Below, one piece after another: positions 1 through 8,985 of a DNA stretch of 64,000 nt; position 1 is the first letter of the stretch; each line of letters starts with the position of its first letter. A program made the translations under genes and the position numbers. A model generated the notes under the pieces. That model made no database searches. It was not told where the DNA came from and saw only the letters and a program-made list of their open reading frames with translations. Source of the stretch: an uncultured Chryseobacterium sp. (GTDB taxonomy: Bacteria; Bacteroidota; Bacteroidia; Palsa-965); assembly GCA_966211705.1 (NCBI GenBank), contig CBIHOC010000016.1, positions 44,081 to 108,080 of the forward strand, written 5' to 3'.

Positions 1-130
1 GTGCCAACTCGCATTCTGTTCGCTACGGCGGATGGAAAGAGATAAGTCAGAAGCCTGATCCTTAACCGAAGATCCCGATCCCTTCTGACTATACAGGAGG
101 GATTTTCATTTTGAGGCATTCGGTAAACGG

Positions 131-898
131 ATGAAAACGACAGAACGGTTCAGCGATCGCGTTGCGAATTATGTGAAGTACCGCCCGGGCTACCCGGCAG
201 CGGTGGCGGAGCGTTTGCGCGAAGCGGGCGTGCTTGCGGAAACTTCCGTGATCGCGGATATCGGTTCGGGAACCGGGCTTTCGGCGGAGCTTTTCCTGGA
301 GCGCGGGCATGTCGTGTACGGTATCGAGCCGAATAAGGAAATGCGCGAAGCGGGCGAGGAGCAGCTGAAAAATTTCGAACGTTTTCACAGCGTGGACGGA
401 ACAGCCGAGCACACGACATTGCCGGATCAATCCGTGGATATTGTGCTGGCGGGGCAAGCCTTTCACTGGTTCGACCGGGAAAAAGCGCGGGAAGAATTCC
501 GGCGGATACTGAAACCGGGAGGATACGTCGTGCTGATGTGGAACGACCGGCGAACAGCGACAACGGGATTTCTCGAAGCGTATGAAGACCTGCTGAAAAT
601 GTTCGGGACGGATTATGAAAAAGTGAACCACCGTCAAATGGATGAAAAAGTGTTCGATGCGTTCTGGGGGAAAGGTCCCGAAGCCCCGGAATGGAAAACA
701 TTCAGCGTGGACAATCACCAGGACTTCACGTTCGAAGGATTGAAAGGACGCTTGTTCTCTTCATCCTACGTTCCCGCCGAGGATCATCCCGACAGCGCAT
801 TCATGGTAAGCGTGCTGAAAAAGATCTTCCTGCGATACCAGGAGAACGGAACAGTGCGGTTTGAATACGATACGAAAGTTTATTACGGACAATTATAA
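131..898 (+). CDS. Class I SAM-dependent methyltransferase
   Basis: 255-aa ORF with SAM motif I (IADIGSGTG), GIEPN acidic motif II and the VLAGQAFHWFD...ILKPGG signature. Confidence 0.88.
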   Translation: MKTTERFSDRVANYVKYRPGYPAAVAERLREAGVLAETSVIADIGSGTGLSAELFLERGHVVYGIEPNKEMREAGEEQLKNFERFHSVDGTAEHTTLPDQSVDIVLAGQAFHWFDREKAREEFRRILKPGGYVVLMWNDRRTATTGFLEAYEDLLKMFGTDYEKVNHRQMDEKVFDAFWGKGPEAPEWKTFSVDNHQDFTFEGLKGRLFSSSYVPAEDHPDSAFMVSVLKKIFLRYQENGTVRFEYDTKVYYGQL

Positions 899-922
899 CC
901 ACGGAGGCACGGAGACACGGAG
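898..922. repeat. CACGGAG(A/G) octamer repeat, single arm (family 1)
   Basis: ACCACGGAGGCACGGAGACACGGAG begins at the last base of the upstream stop codon. The same units occur at 44829, 51891 and 55560. Confidence 0.8.
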
Positions 923-958
923 TCCCTGCCTTTGATAAATAGAGCAACGAAAAACTGT

Positions 959-3900
959 ATGCCTGACATCAGAAATGAGCTGGAGAAGCGCGTCCTCGTC
1001 ATCGACGGCGCAATGGGAACAATGATCCAGCGGTACCAGCTCGGTGAAGCCGAATACCGCGGCGAACGTTTTGCCGCATGGCCGCACGACCTGAAGGGCA
1101 ACAACGACCTGCTCGTGCTCACGCAGCCGCAGATCATCCTCGACATTCACAAAGAATACCTCGCCGCGGGCGCCGACATCATCGAGACGAACACGTTCAA
1201 CGCGCAGAAAATTTCGCTCGCCGATTACCACATGCAGTCGCTGGCCTACGAGATGAATTTCGCCGCCGCGAAGATCGCCCGCATTGCCGCCGACGAGTTC
1301 ACGGAAAAAAATCCCGCGAAGCCGCGTTTCGTCGCCGGCGCGATGGGCCCCACGAACCGCACCGCCTCGCTTTCACCCGACGTGAACGATCCCGGCTACC
1401 GCGCAGTGACGTTCGACGAGCTTGTCGACGCGTACCTCGAGCAGGCGCGCGGACTCTTCGACGGAGGCGTGGACCTTTTTCTCATTGAAACGATTTTCGA
1501 CACGCTCAATTCCAAAGCCGCGCTCTTCGCCGTGCAGACGTTGCAGGAAGAAACCGGCGTCCGCCTTCCCGTGATGGTTTCCGGCACGATCACCGACGCC
1601 AGCGGCCGCACGCTTTCCGGGCAGACCACCGAAGCGTTCCTCAATTCCGTTTCCCACGTCGACCTGCTCAGCGTCGGCCTCAACTGCGCGCTTGGCGCGG
1701 AGCAGATGCGCCCGTACCTCGAAGAGCTTGCCGTGAAAGCGCCGTTCTACGTCAGCTGCTACCCCAACGCCGGTCTCCCGAACCAGTTCGGCGAGTACGA
1801 CCAGACGCCGGAAAGCATGGGCGAGCAGGTGAGCGATTTTATCAAACACAAATTCGTCAACATCATCGGCGGCTGCTGCGGGACCACGCCTGCGCACATC
1901 CGAAGGATCGCCGAGCTGGTGAACGGTACACGCCCGCGCAACATCCCGTTCCGCGAGCCGTATCTCCGCCTGAGCGGGCTGGAACCGGTAACGCTGCGCC
2001 CCGAAAGTAATTTCATGAACGTCGGCGAACGCACGAACGTCACCGGCTCGAAAAAATTTGCGCGCCTCATTATCGACGGCAAATTCGATGAAGCGCTCGC
2101 CATCGCACGCGACCAGGTGGAAGGCGGCGCGCAGGTGATCGACATCAACATGGACGAAGGCATGCTCGACTCGGAAAGCAGCATGGTCCGCTTTCTCAAC
2201 CTTGTTGCCGCAGAACCCGACATCGCCCGCGTGCCCATCATGCTCGACTCGTCGAAATGGCATGTGATCGAAGCCGGGCTGAAATGCGTACAGGGAAAAG
2301 CGGTGGTGAATTCCATCTCCATGAAAGAAGGCGAAGCCGAATTCCGCCGCCAGGCGCAGCTCGTGAAAAAATACGGCGCCGCAGTGATCGTGATGGCATT
2401 CGACGAAGCCGGGCAGGCCGACACGCTGCAGCGGCGCATCGACATCTGCAAACGCGCGTACGACATTCTCGTGAACGAAGTGCATTTCCCGCCGCAGGAC
2501 ATCATCTTCGACCCGAACATTTTCCCCGTGGCCACCGGCATGGAAGAGCATCGCCGCAACGCGATGGATTTTTTCCTTGCGACGAAATGGATCAAAGAAA
2601 ATCTCCCGCATGCGAAAGTGAGCGGGGGCGTGAGCAACGTGTCGTTCTCCTTCCGCGGCAACGACCATGTGCGCGAGGCGATCCATTCTTCTTTCCTGTA
2701 TCACGGCATTCGCCACGGCATGGACATGGGCATCGTGAATCCCGGCCAGCTCCAGGTGTACGATGAAGTGCCGAAGGAATTGCTCGAACTTGTGGAAGAC
2801 GTGCTGCTCGACCGTCGTGAAGACGCGACCGAACGCCTGATCAACTACGCCGAACGTGTGAAAGGAGAAGGCCCCGGGAAAAAAGCCGAAAAAGATACCG
2901 AATGGCGGAACGGCTCCGTGCAGGACCGCCTGACGCATGCGCTCGTGAAAGGCATCGTCGATCACATCGATGAAGATGTGGAAGAAGCGCGTCAGCAGTT
3001 TGCAAAGTCGCTGCAGGTGATCGAAGGCCCGCTGATGAACGGCATGAACGTCGTCGGCGACCTGTTCGGCGCGGGAAAAATGTTCCTTCCCCAGGTGGTG
3101 AAAAGCGCGCGCGTCATGAAAAAAGCCGTTGCCTACCTCACGCCGTATCTCGAAGCTGAAAAAGTGGCGGGTGAAGGAAAGTCTGCCGGAAAAGTATTGA
3201 TGGCAACGGTGAAAGGCGACGTGCACGACATCGGGAAGAACATCGTCGGCGTGGTGCTGGCCTGCAACAACTACGAGATCGTCGACCTCGGGGTGATGGT
3301 GCCGGCGGAAAAGATACTGGAAGCCGCGCGGAGGGAAAAAGTGGACGTCATCGGCCTCAGCGGGCTGATCACGCCTTCACTCGACGAGATGGTGCACATG
3401 GCCAAAGAGATGGAACGGCAGGGCTTCGACATCCCGCTGCTCATCGGCGGCGCCACGACGTCGAAAGTGCATACCGCGGTGAAGATCGCGCCCAACTATT
3501 CGCACCCTGTGATCCACGTCAATGATGCTTCCCGCAGCGTTCCCGTGGTGAGCTCGCTCATTTCGAAAGAGCTGCGCGCCCAGCTGTTCGCCGACGTGGC
3601 GAAAGAATACGAACGCCTGCGCGAGCAGAACCACCGCGCGCACGGGCAGAATAAATTCATCTCCCTCGCCGAAGCCCGCAACAACAAAGCGGACATCGAC
3701 TGGGACGCCGCGCACATCACGAAACCGTCTTTCCTCGGCAACAAAGCCTTCACCGGTTACCCGCTGGAAACGCTCGTGCCGTACATCGACTGGACGCCGT
3801 TCTTCCACAGCTGGGAAATGAAAGGCAGCTACCCGAAAATTCTCAGCGACCCTGCGCGCGGGGAAGAAGCGAAGAAGCTGTTCGATGATGCGCAGCACAT

Positions 3901-4627
3901 GCTGAAAAAGATCATCGCTGAAAAATGGCTGCGCGCCAACGGCGTGGTCGGTTTCTGGCCGGCGAACTCGGTGAACGACGACGATATCGAAGTGTACACC
4001 GACGATTCCCGCACGAAAGTGAAAACCGTGCTGCACACGCTTCGCCAGCAAACGAAGAAGCCCGAAGGCCAGCCCAACCTCGCGCTCGCCGATTTCATTT
4101 CCCCGAAAGGCATCGCCGACTACATCGGCGGCTTCGCCGTTTCCACCGGCTTCGGCATCGACGAGAAAGTGGCAGCCTTCGAACGCGACCACGACGACTA
4201 CAGCGCGATCATGCTGAAAGCGCTGGCCGACCGTCTCGCCGAAGCGTTTGCCGAGCACATGCACGAGCGCGTGCGGAAGGAATTGTGGGGTTACCAGCCC
4301 GGCGAGAAACTTACCGCCGACCAGCTCGTCCGGGAAGAGTATGTCGGCATTCGTCCCGCGCAGGGCTACCCGGCTTGTCCCGAGCACACGGAGAAAAGTT
4401 TGCAATGGGAACTTTTCGAGACGGAAAAGAACACCGGCATCGTGCTCACGGAAAGCTACGCAATGGTACCGACGGCGGCGGTGAGCGGGTTGTACTTCTC
4501 GCACCCGCAGTCGCAGTATTTCGGACTGGGTAAGATCACGAAGGAACAAGTTTCAGATTATGCGAAGCGCAAGGGCATGAGCGTGGAGGAGGCTGAGCGC
4601 TGGCTGGGGCCGAGTTTGGGGTATTGA
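959..4627 (+). CDS. metH: Cobalamin-dependent methionine synthase
   Basis: DGAMGT, GGCCGT (Zn), pterin-binding domain ([11 protein letters not shown]-like), [10 protein letters not shown] cobalamin motif and a reactivation domain. Start moved from 932 to ATG 959 (MPDIRNEL). Confidence 0.97.
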   Translation: MPDIRNELEKRVLVIDGAMGTMIQRYQLGEAEYRGERFAAWPHDLKGNNDLLVLTQPQIILDIHKEYLAAGADIIETNTFNAQKISLADYHMQSLAYEMNFAAAKIARIAADEFTEKNPAKPRFVAGAMGPTNRTASLSPDVNDPGYRAVTFDELVDAYLEQARGLFDGGVDLFLIETIFDTLNSKAALFAVQTLQEETGVRLPVMVSGTITDASGRTLSGQTTEAFLNSVSHVDLLSVGLNCALGAEQMRPYLEELAVKAPFYVSCYPNAGLPNQFGEYDQTPESMGEQVSDFIKHKFVNIIGGCCGTTPAHIRRIAELVNGTRPRNIPFREPYLRLSGLEPVTLRPESNFMNVGERTNVTGSKKFARLIIDGKFDEALAIARDQVEGGAQVIDINMDEGMLDSESSMVRFLNLVAAEPDIARVPIMLDSSKWHVIEAGLKCVQGKAVVNSISMKEGEAEFRRQAQLVKKYGAAVIVMAFDEAGQADTLQRRIDICKRAYDILVNEVHFPPQDIIFDPNIFPVATGMEEHRRNAMDFFLATKWIKENLPHAKVSGGVSNVSFSFRGNDHVREAIHSSFLYHGIRHGMDMGIVNPGQLQVYDEVPKELLELVEDVLLDRREDATERLINYAERVKGEGPGKKAEKDTEWRNGSVQDRLTHALVKGIVDHIDEDVEEARQQFAKSLQVIEGPLMNGMNVVGDLFGAGKMFLPQVVKSARVMKKAVAYLTPYLEAEKVAGEGKSAGKVLMATVKGDVHDIGKNIVGVVLACNNYEIVDLGVMVPAEKILEAARREKVDVIGLSGLITPSLDEMVHMAKEMERQGFDIPLLIGGATTSKVHTAVKIAPNYSHPVIHVNDASRSVPVVSSLISKELRAQLFADVAKEYERLREQNHRAHGQNKFISLAEARNNKADIDWDAAHITKPSFLGNKAFTGYPLETLVPYIDWTPFFHSWEMKGSYPKILSDPARGEEAKKLFDDAQHMLKKIIAEKWLRANGVVGFWPANSVNDDDIEVYTDDSRTKVKTVLHTLRQQTKKPEGQPNLALADFISPKGIADYIGGFAVSTGFGIDEKVAAFERDHDDYSAIMLKALADRLAEAFAEHMHERVRKELWGYQPGEKLTADQLVREEYVGIRPAQGYPACPEHTEKSLQWELFETEKNTGIVLTESYAMVPTAAVSGLYFSHPQSQYFGLGKITKEQVSDYAKRKGMSVEEAERWLGPSLGY

Positions 4628-4645
4628 GGTGATGAACCAGATATG

Positions 4646-4682
4646 AAGAGAGGCTGACCATTTGTGCAGCCTCTCTTTTTTT
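4646..4682 (+). terminator. Intrinsic terminator after metH
   Basis: AAGAGAGGCTG-10 nt-CAGCCTCTCTT followed by a T-run. Confidence 0.85.
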
Positions 4683-4723
4683 GTCAGAATCCAGGCGTAC
4701 TTTGCCGATATAAATTCATCTAT

Positions 4724-6301
4724 ATGAAACATGCTTTACTTGTCGCCTGTTTCATCCCCGCAGTCGCTTTTTCACAGATCACGTTCCAGTCCGTCCTGGG
4801 TACGCCCCGCCCTGAATACGCCAACATAGTGGAGCAAGCTTCCGATGGTGGTTATATCGTTGCCGGAAATACGCAATATTATACGCCGGGCGGGCAAGCC
4901 TATTTTCTCGTTAAGCTCGACGCAAGCGGCGATACCTTGTGGATGCGTGCGTATACTACCGGCGGTTTTGATCAACTGGAAGATGCGCAACAAACTTCCG
5001 ACGGCGGTTATATTCTCGTTGGTCACACCACGACACAAAATGACCAGAATATCTGGATCGTGAAGACGACATCAAATGGCACGGTCAGCTGGCTGCAACG
5101 TTACGGCGGCCCCGCGAACACATGGGCAAAAGCGGTTCAACAAACTTCTGACGGCGGCTACGTGATTGCTGGTTCGTATGCCAATGGCACGGGAATATGC
5201 GGCGGCATTTTACTGAAGCTTACAGCTTCCGGCGGTCTCAGCTGGGAGAAGCATTACACGCTATCGAACCCTGACATCGTTGTTATGCGCGCGTTGATGG
5301 AAACCAGCACGGGTGATCTTGTCTTTGCCGTTTCCCTGGAATGGTTCATCACAGCAAATCCCGCGACCGAACTCTGCGTGGTGAAAACTGATGCTACGGG
5401 AAATATTGTGTGGGCCAAAACGTATGGGGGTAGTTCGCGCGTGGTTCCATTCAGCATTCTCGAAGCGGCGAGTGGAGATTATGTTGTGCTGGGATGGCGC
5501 CTGGACGTGACAACGGGAGGGACGGATGATATATGGCTGCTGCGCATGAATACGGGGGGTATCCTGGCGTGGTCCGAGGCGTACGAGACTTCTCTTTCCG
5601 GCGCTATTTATGGATATGACATACAAGAAGATGCGAGCGGAAACTTTTTTGTTTGCGGATTGCACGCAACCTCCTCCGGCAATTATAGCAGTTTTCTTTT
5701 CAAGGCAAACAGCACAGGCGGACTGCAATGGACCATGTTGTATGGTCTTGAAAGCGGGCTGACCGGGTTGGATCTTACTGCCGACGGTGGATGCATTATG
5801 AGTGGTTCAATGTGGAATGCGCACGCCCCTGGCGACAGTGCCTCGATCTATATCGTGAAGACGGATGCGAACGGCATAACCGGCTGCAATGAGCAAATGA
5901 CCACGCTCGCACAATACGGCGTACCGACAGCAGTCTCCGCGGTCACAACGACCCTCGTGCCGGGTATGAGCACGCTGGGGTCGACGCTTCTATTATATTC
6001 TGGAGGAATGACCATAATTCCCGTTTGCCCCGTTTCTGTCAATGAGCTGCCTGCTGTAACAGTTGTTACGATTTTCCCAAATCCTTTTTCCGATCGCGTC
6101 ACGCTGGAACTTGGACCGGAAATGCTACATAACAATGTGCAGCTTTCGTTAATCGATCTTTCCGGGCGAGAAATTTATGCAGTTCCTGTCGTTTCAACGA
6201 AAGTGATTATTGAGCGTAACGGCGTTGCGTCCGGCATCTACATCTACAGGCTTACCGGGAGTAACGGACTCATCGCTTCCGGCAAGCTCATCGCCGAGTA
6301 G
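4724..6301 (+). CDS. T9SS type A cargo protein with QTSDGGY beta-propeller-like repeats
   Basis: Signal peptide MKHALLVAC..AFSQ, repeated QxSDGGYxxAG blades and a CTD (IFPNPFS...GIYIYRL...GKLIAE). Start at ATG 4724. Confidence 0.8.
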   Translation: MKHALLVACFIPAVAFSQITFQSVLGTPRPEYANIVEQASDGGYIVAGNTQYYTPGGQAYFLVKLDASGDTLWMRAYTTGGFDQLEDAQQTSDGGYILVGHTTTQNDQNIWIVKTTSNGTVSWLQRYGGPANTWAKAVQQTSDGGYVIAGSYANGTGICGGILLKLTASGGLSWEKHYTLSNPDIVVMRALMETSTGDLVFAVSLEWFITANPATELCVVKTDATGNIVWAKTYGGSSRVVPFSILEAASGDYVVLGWRLDVTTGGTDDIWLLRMNTGGILAWSEAYETSLSGAIYGYDIQEDASGNFFVCGLHATSSGNYSSFLFKANSTGGLQWTMLYGLESGLTGLDLTADGGCIMSGSMWNAHAPGDSASIYIVKTDANGITGCNEQMTTLAQYGVPTAVSAVTTTLVPGMSTLGSTLLLYSGGMTIIPVCPVSVNELPAVTVVTIFPNPFSDRVTLELGPEMLHNNVQLSLIDLSGREIYAVPVVSTKVIIERNGVASGIYIYRLTGSNGLIASGKLIAE

Positions 6302-6419
6302 CGCCGTCTTCTGAGCAAAATTTTCCACAGCGTACAGGCGCCGGTCAAGCTCAACAGCAAGACCGGCGTGGCTTTTTCCCGCGGCACAGCTCTTGCGGCC
6401 ATCCGGGAAAATAAACGCC

Positions 6420-6845
6420 ATGAAAAAATTACTCCTGCTTGTTTTACCCGTTGCGCTCGTCTTCCCTGCGTGCGATAAATACGAAGACGGCCCGGCGCTG
6501 AGCCTGCTCACCAAAAAAGAACGCCTCTGCAATACGTGGATCATCCACTCCGCGTACAAGAACGACGTCGACCAGACGTCCGACTTCAACGCTGCGTTTG
6601 CCGGCTACACGCTCAACATCAAGAAAGACGAGACGTACACGCTCAGCTATCGCCCGTTCAACATTTCCGATTACAGCGAAAGCGGGACATGGAACTTCAA
6701 CGATAAAAAAACCACCGTCACGTTCAACAAGTCCGGTTCTTCGGATGCGACAACCTGGACCATTCTCCGCTTAAAACAAAAAGAGCTTTGGGCGGAATAC
6801 ACGGACAACGGCGACGTTTACGAAGTTCACCTTGTAGAAAAATAA
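6420..6845 (+). CDS. Lipoprotein, lipocalin-like beta-barrel
   Basis: Lipobox FPAC, then DKYEDGP...NTW and GTWNF motifs. Start at MKKLLL. Confidence 0.75.
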   Translation: MKKLLLLVLPVALVFPACDKYEDGPALSLLTKKERLCNTWIIHSAYKNDVDQTSDFNAAFAGYTLNIKKDETYTLSYRPFNISDYSESGTWNFNDKKTTVTFNKSGSSDATTWTILRLKQKELWAEYTDNGDVYEVHLVEK

Positions 6846-6854
6846 ATGATTGGT

Positions 6855-6928
6855 TGAAATGCTGATTTGCTGAAATGCTGATGGGGTATCCGGAAACCGC
6901 ATCATCATTTCAGCAAATCAGCATTTCA
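6855..6928. repeat. GCTGAAAT/GCTGATTT palindromic element (family 2)
   Basis: 29-bp inverted arms with 1 mismatch, 6855-6883 and 6900-6928. Second copy at 38155. Confidence 0.9.
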
Positions 6929-7045
6929 GCACATCATCTCCCGCTTATCCGGAAAATCCTTCCACCTGCAAAAGAAAACCTCCACTTCTTCCGTTTTACT
7001 TATGGAATCGACGCTGCGGTCGAATCTTTGGTGAAACGCTGAAGC

Positions 7046-7675
7046 ATGATGATCGTCCCCGCCCTCCGACCCGCCCGCCCGAAGCTGCTGCCGCTCGGGT
7101 TCATTCTCGCCGGTTTTATGCCGGTTTCGTCGATTGCGCTGCATTGCATCGGCGTTCTTCCGCTGCAGCTTTGCCTGTTTTTCCTCGTCGTGCCGATGTT
7201 CGCGGGCATGTTCCTGCTGGGCATGCTCGAGCCGGGCATGACGCGCGTGGCAGCACGCGGGTGGGTGGCCGGTGTGATCGCTGTCGCGCTGTACGATTGC
7301 TCGCGCCTGCCGTTCATGCTCTACGGCTGGGGCGATTTCATCCCGAAGATCGGCGCGTGGCTGCTCGACACGGAACATCCCGGTGCGTGGGTCGGTTATG
7401 CGTGGCGCTACATCGGTAACGGCGGCGGGCTCGGCGTGGCATTTTTCATGCTGCTCAAAGTGACCGGCTTCAACCGCAATTTCATCCGTGCGGGGATTGA
7501 ATTCGGCCTGTTCGTGTTCCTTTGCCTGGTGATCCTGCTCTGCGTGTTCAAAGAAGCGCAGGACATGATGTTCCGCATCACTTCGCTCACGTTTGCAGGC
7601 AGCCTGACCGGCCACGTCATTTACGGCGTTACGCTCGGCTTCATGGCGCGCCGGTTTTTCGCCCCGCGGAAATAA
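7046..7675 (+). CDS. Hypothetical integral membrane protein
   Basis: 209 aa with about 5-6 hydrophobic helices and host-like codon usage. Confidence 0.7.
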   Translation: MMIVPALRPARPKLLPLGFILAGFMPVSSIALHCIGVLPLQLCLFFLVVPMFAGMFLLGMLEPGMTRVAARGWVAGVIAVALYDCSRLPFMLYGWGDFIPKIGAWLLDTEHPGAWVGYAWRYIGNGGGLGVAFFMLLKVTGFNRNFIRAGIEFGLFVFLCLVILLCVFKEAQDMMFRITSLTFAGSLTGHVIYGVTLGFMARRFFAPRK

Positions 7676-7788
7676 AAGAAACGGAATTTCCTCCGCACAT
7701 AAGGCGCACGCACGACAACATTGCCGTACACGCACACCGGCGCATTTCCGAAAAGAATGAATTTGTTGTAAGTGTTGTAACGTTTCAT
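7621..7788 (-). CDS. Putative 55-aa basic microprotein (MKRYNTYNKFILFGNAP...)
   Basis: ATG preceded by AGGAGG at a 6-nt spacer. Overlaps the 3' end of the convergent gene by 55 nt. Confidence 0.4.
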   Translation of the reverse strand: MKRYNTYNKFILFGNAPVCVYGNVVVRAPYVRRKFRFFYFRGAKNRRAMKPSVTP

Positions 7789-7817
7789 GGTGAACCTCCT
7801 TTGTGTATTACGTGGCG

Positions 7818-7967
7818 TCAGATGCTTGCATCTGACGCTGTAAGTACGGCCGGGCGATCACAGTCTCCTGTGTCGCCCGGCCCGTCTTCCGGCGGGGTTT
7901 CCACCACGTTGCCGATCGTTGCGCGGCAGGCGGCGATAACCCTTGCTTTTGCCCTGTAAGCTTTCAT
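7818..7967 (-). CDS. Putative 49-aa microprotein (MKAYRAKARVIAAC...)
   Basis: AAAGGAG 6 nt upstream, and an ATGA overlap with the stop of the 47-aa ORF. Confidence 0.5.
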   Translation of the reverse strand: MKAYRAKARVIAACRATIGNVVETPPEDGPGDTGDCDRPAVLTASDASI

Positions 7968-8107
7968 GGCTTGCTCCTTTCTTTTTTATAGGTTAATGCT
8001 TCGTCCGCCTGGCGTTTTGCAGCCTTGCATGCTTTGATGCCCCACATAACAAGGTGGATGTTGAAGAGCAAAATTTTCAATACAACAAGGACAGCTGCGA
8101 GCATCAT
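7964..8107 (-). CDS. Putative 47-aa single-TM microprotein (MMLAAVLVVLKILLF...KKERSKP)
   Basis: Hydrophobic N-half, basic tail, A-rich initiation region, coupled to the next ORF. Confidence 0.55.
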   Translation of the reverse strand: MMLAAVLVVLKILLFNIHLVMWGIKACKAAKRQADEALTYKKERSKP

Positions 8108-8133
8108 GGTGAATCGTTTTTATGCGATGGTTG

Positions 8134-8214
8134 TTACCGCTCTTTCTTTTCCGAAATAAGCGCGATGATCTTTATGACCAGCACCAGCAGGTGAATGATG
8201 ATGTGCGTTTCCAT
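8134..8214 (-). CDS. Putative 26-aa hydrophobic peptide (METHIIIHLLVLVIKIIALISEKKER)
   Basis: One TM-length helix plus a charged tail. AAAACGAT upstream is shared with the 47-aa ORF. Confidence 0.5.
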   Translation of the reverse strand: METHIIIHLLVLVIKIIALISEKKER

Positions 8215-8253
8215 AGCGGATCGTTTTAAAAATTTGCGATCCGCGGACGGATC

Positions 8254-8322
8254 TTATTTGTTTTTCATGGGCCGGAGTAGTGCTACCAGCAATACCGCCA
8301 GCAGGAGGAGATTGATGTTCAT
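8254..8322 (-). CDS. Putative 22-aa hydrophobic peptide (MNINLLLLAVLLVALLRPMKNK)
   Basis: First ORF after the terminator, with CCAAAACAAAAAC A-rich initiation context. Confidence 0.5.
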   Translation of the reverse strand: MNINLLLLAVLLVALLRPMKNK

Positions 8323-8342
8323 GTTTTTGTTTTGGCAGCGGC

Positions 8343-8378
8343 AATAAAAAACCCGGTGCTGAAAAGACAGGACCGGGT
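8343..8378 (-). terminator. Intrinsic terminator/attenuator 2
   Basis: ACCCGGT-14 nt-ACCGGGT followed by TTTTTATT on the minus strand. Confidence 0.8.
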
Positions 8379-8399
8379 CAGTGTGACGTGTGTGCTACG

Positions 8400-8528
8400 T
8401 CATTCATGATACGGTCGCGGTCTTGTAAAGACTGTCGTGGTGATCACATTCCGAATGGACATGTGTTTCCCGTGACAGCTTTCGTTACTGAGTTTGTTTT
8501 GCAGCAGCATGTTGTTGCAGTTGTTCAT
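8400..8528 (-). CDS. Putative leader peptide 2 (42 aa, MNNCNNMLLQ...FTRPRPYHE)
   Basis: ATG directly after the U-tract of terminator 1; the stop is about 20 nt before terminator 2. Confidence 0.5.
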   Translation of the reverse strand: MNNCNNMLLQNKLSNESCHGKHMSIRNVITTTVFTRPRPYHE

Positions 8529-8530
8529 GT

Positions 8531-8563
8531 AAACAAAACACCCGGCGTTTTCGGCGCCGGGTG
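8531..8563 (-). terminator. Intrinsic terminator/attenuator 1
   Basis: CACCCGGCG-7 nt-CGCCGGGTG perfect 9-bp stem followed by TTTTGTTT. Confidence 0.85.
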
Positions 8564-8590
8564 CGTGTAATGCTTTTATGGTAAAGCGCG

Positions 8591-8680
8591 TTACAACATA
8601 CACCAGCGGCTGCCGGGAGCGTCGACGAGGAAGCGGGCTTCCAGGCCTTTGCTTGTTTGATATGTGGTAATGTTGCGCAT
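8591..8680 (-). CDS. Putative leader peptide 1 (29 aa, MRNITTYQ...GSRWCML)
   Basis: First ORF after the promoter, with CAAAAAAACCAA before the ATG; ends 27 nt before terminator 1. Confidence 0.5.
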   Translation of the reverse strand: MRNITTYQTSKGLEARFLVDAPGSRWCML

Positions 8681-8701
8681 TTGGTTTTTTTGTTTGGGTG
8701 G

Positions 8702-8733
8702 CAAATATAGGTTTATGGAAAGATGTTTGTCAA
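8702..8733 (-). promoter_or_regulatory. Bacteroidota primary-sigma promoter
   Basis: TTG-21 nt-TATATTTG on the minus strand, matching the -33/-7 consensus. Confidence 0.7.
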
Positions 8734-8765
8734 GTGTTTCTGAAAATAAATTTCAGACGCACTTA

Positions 8766-8928
8766 GAGGCTGTTTAAGAATCATTTTTTGAAATTCTTAT
8801 GCGTCTTTTTGCGCCACACTTCGTTGCTTTTTTGACCAGATTCTCTCCGATATGGCCTGCAAAAAGCGCCTCGTCTGGCACAAAAATCCGCTTATAATAA
8901 TTTCAAAATCTAATTCTTAAACAGCCTC
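8766..8928. mobile_element. 163-bp MITE-like element
   Basis: Perfect 16-bp terminal inverted repeat GAGGCTGTTTAAGAAT, a further TTTTGAAATT match inside, TTA on both flanks, no ORF. Confidence 0.75.
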
Positions 8929-8985
8929 TTAAAACTGCATGCGAAGTGGCTGCATGCTGTACCGGGTAAAAAGCAAGAAGGAAAT

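Noticed and set aside
1-90. Possible gene end (1-45) and AGTCAGAAG/CTTCTGACT hairpin (46-90)
   Set aside because: Too short at the window edge to support a call.
899-958. SAM or cobalamin riboswitch before metH
   Set aside because: The 60-bp gap is largely a family 1 repeat, and no riboswitch core was recognisable.
8120-8344. 74-aa ORF from the track
   Set aside because: It has no initiation context or recognisable features, and the overlapping 22- and 26-aa frames have better A-rich starts and coherent hydrophobic sequences.
8400-8603. 67-aa GTG-started extension of leader 2
   Set aside because: It would run through terminator 1; ATG 8528 fits the attenuator layout better, though the extension is not excluded.
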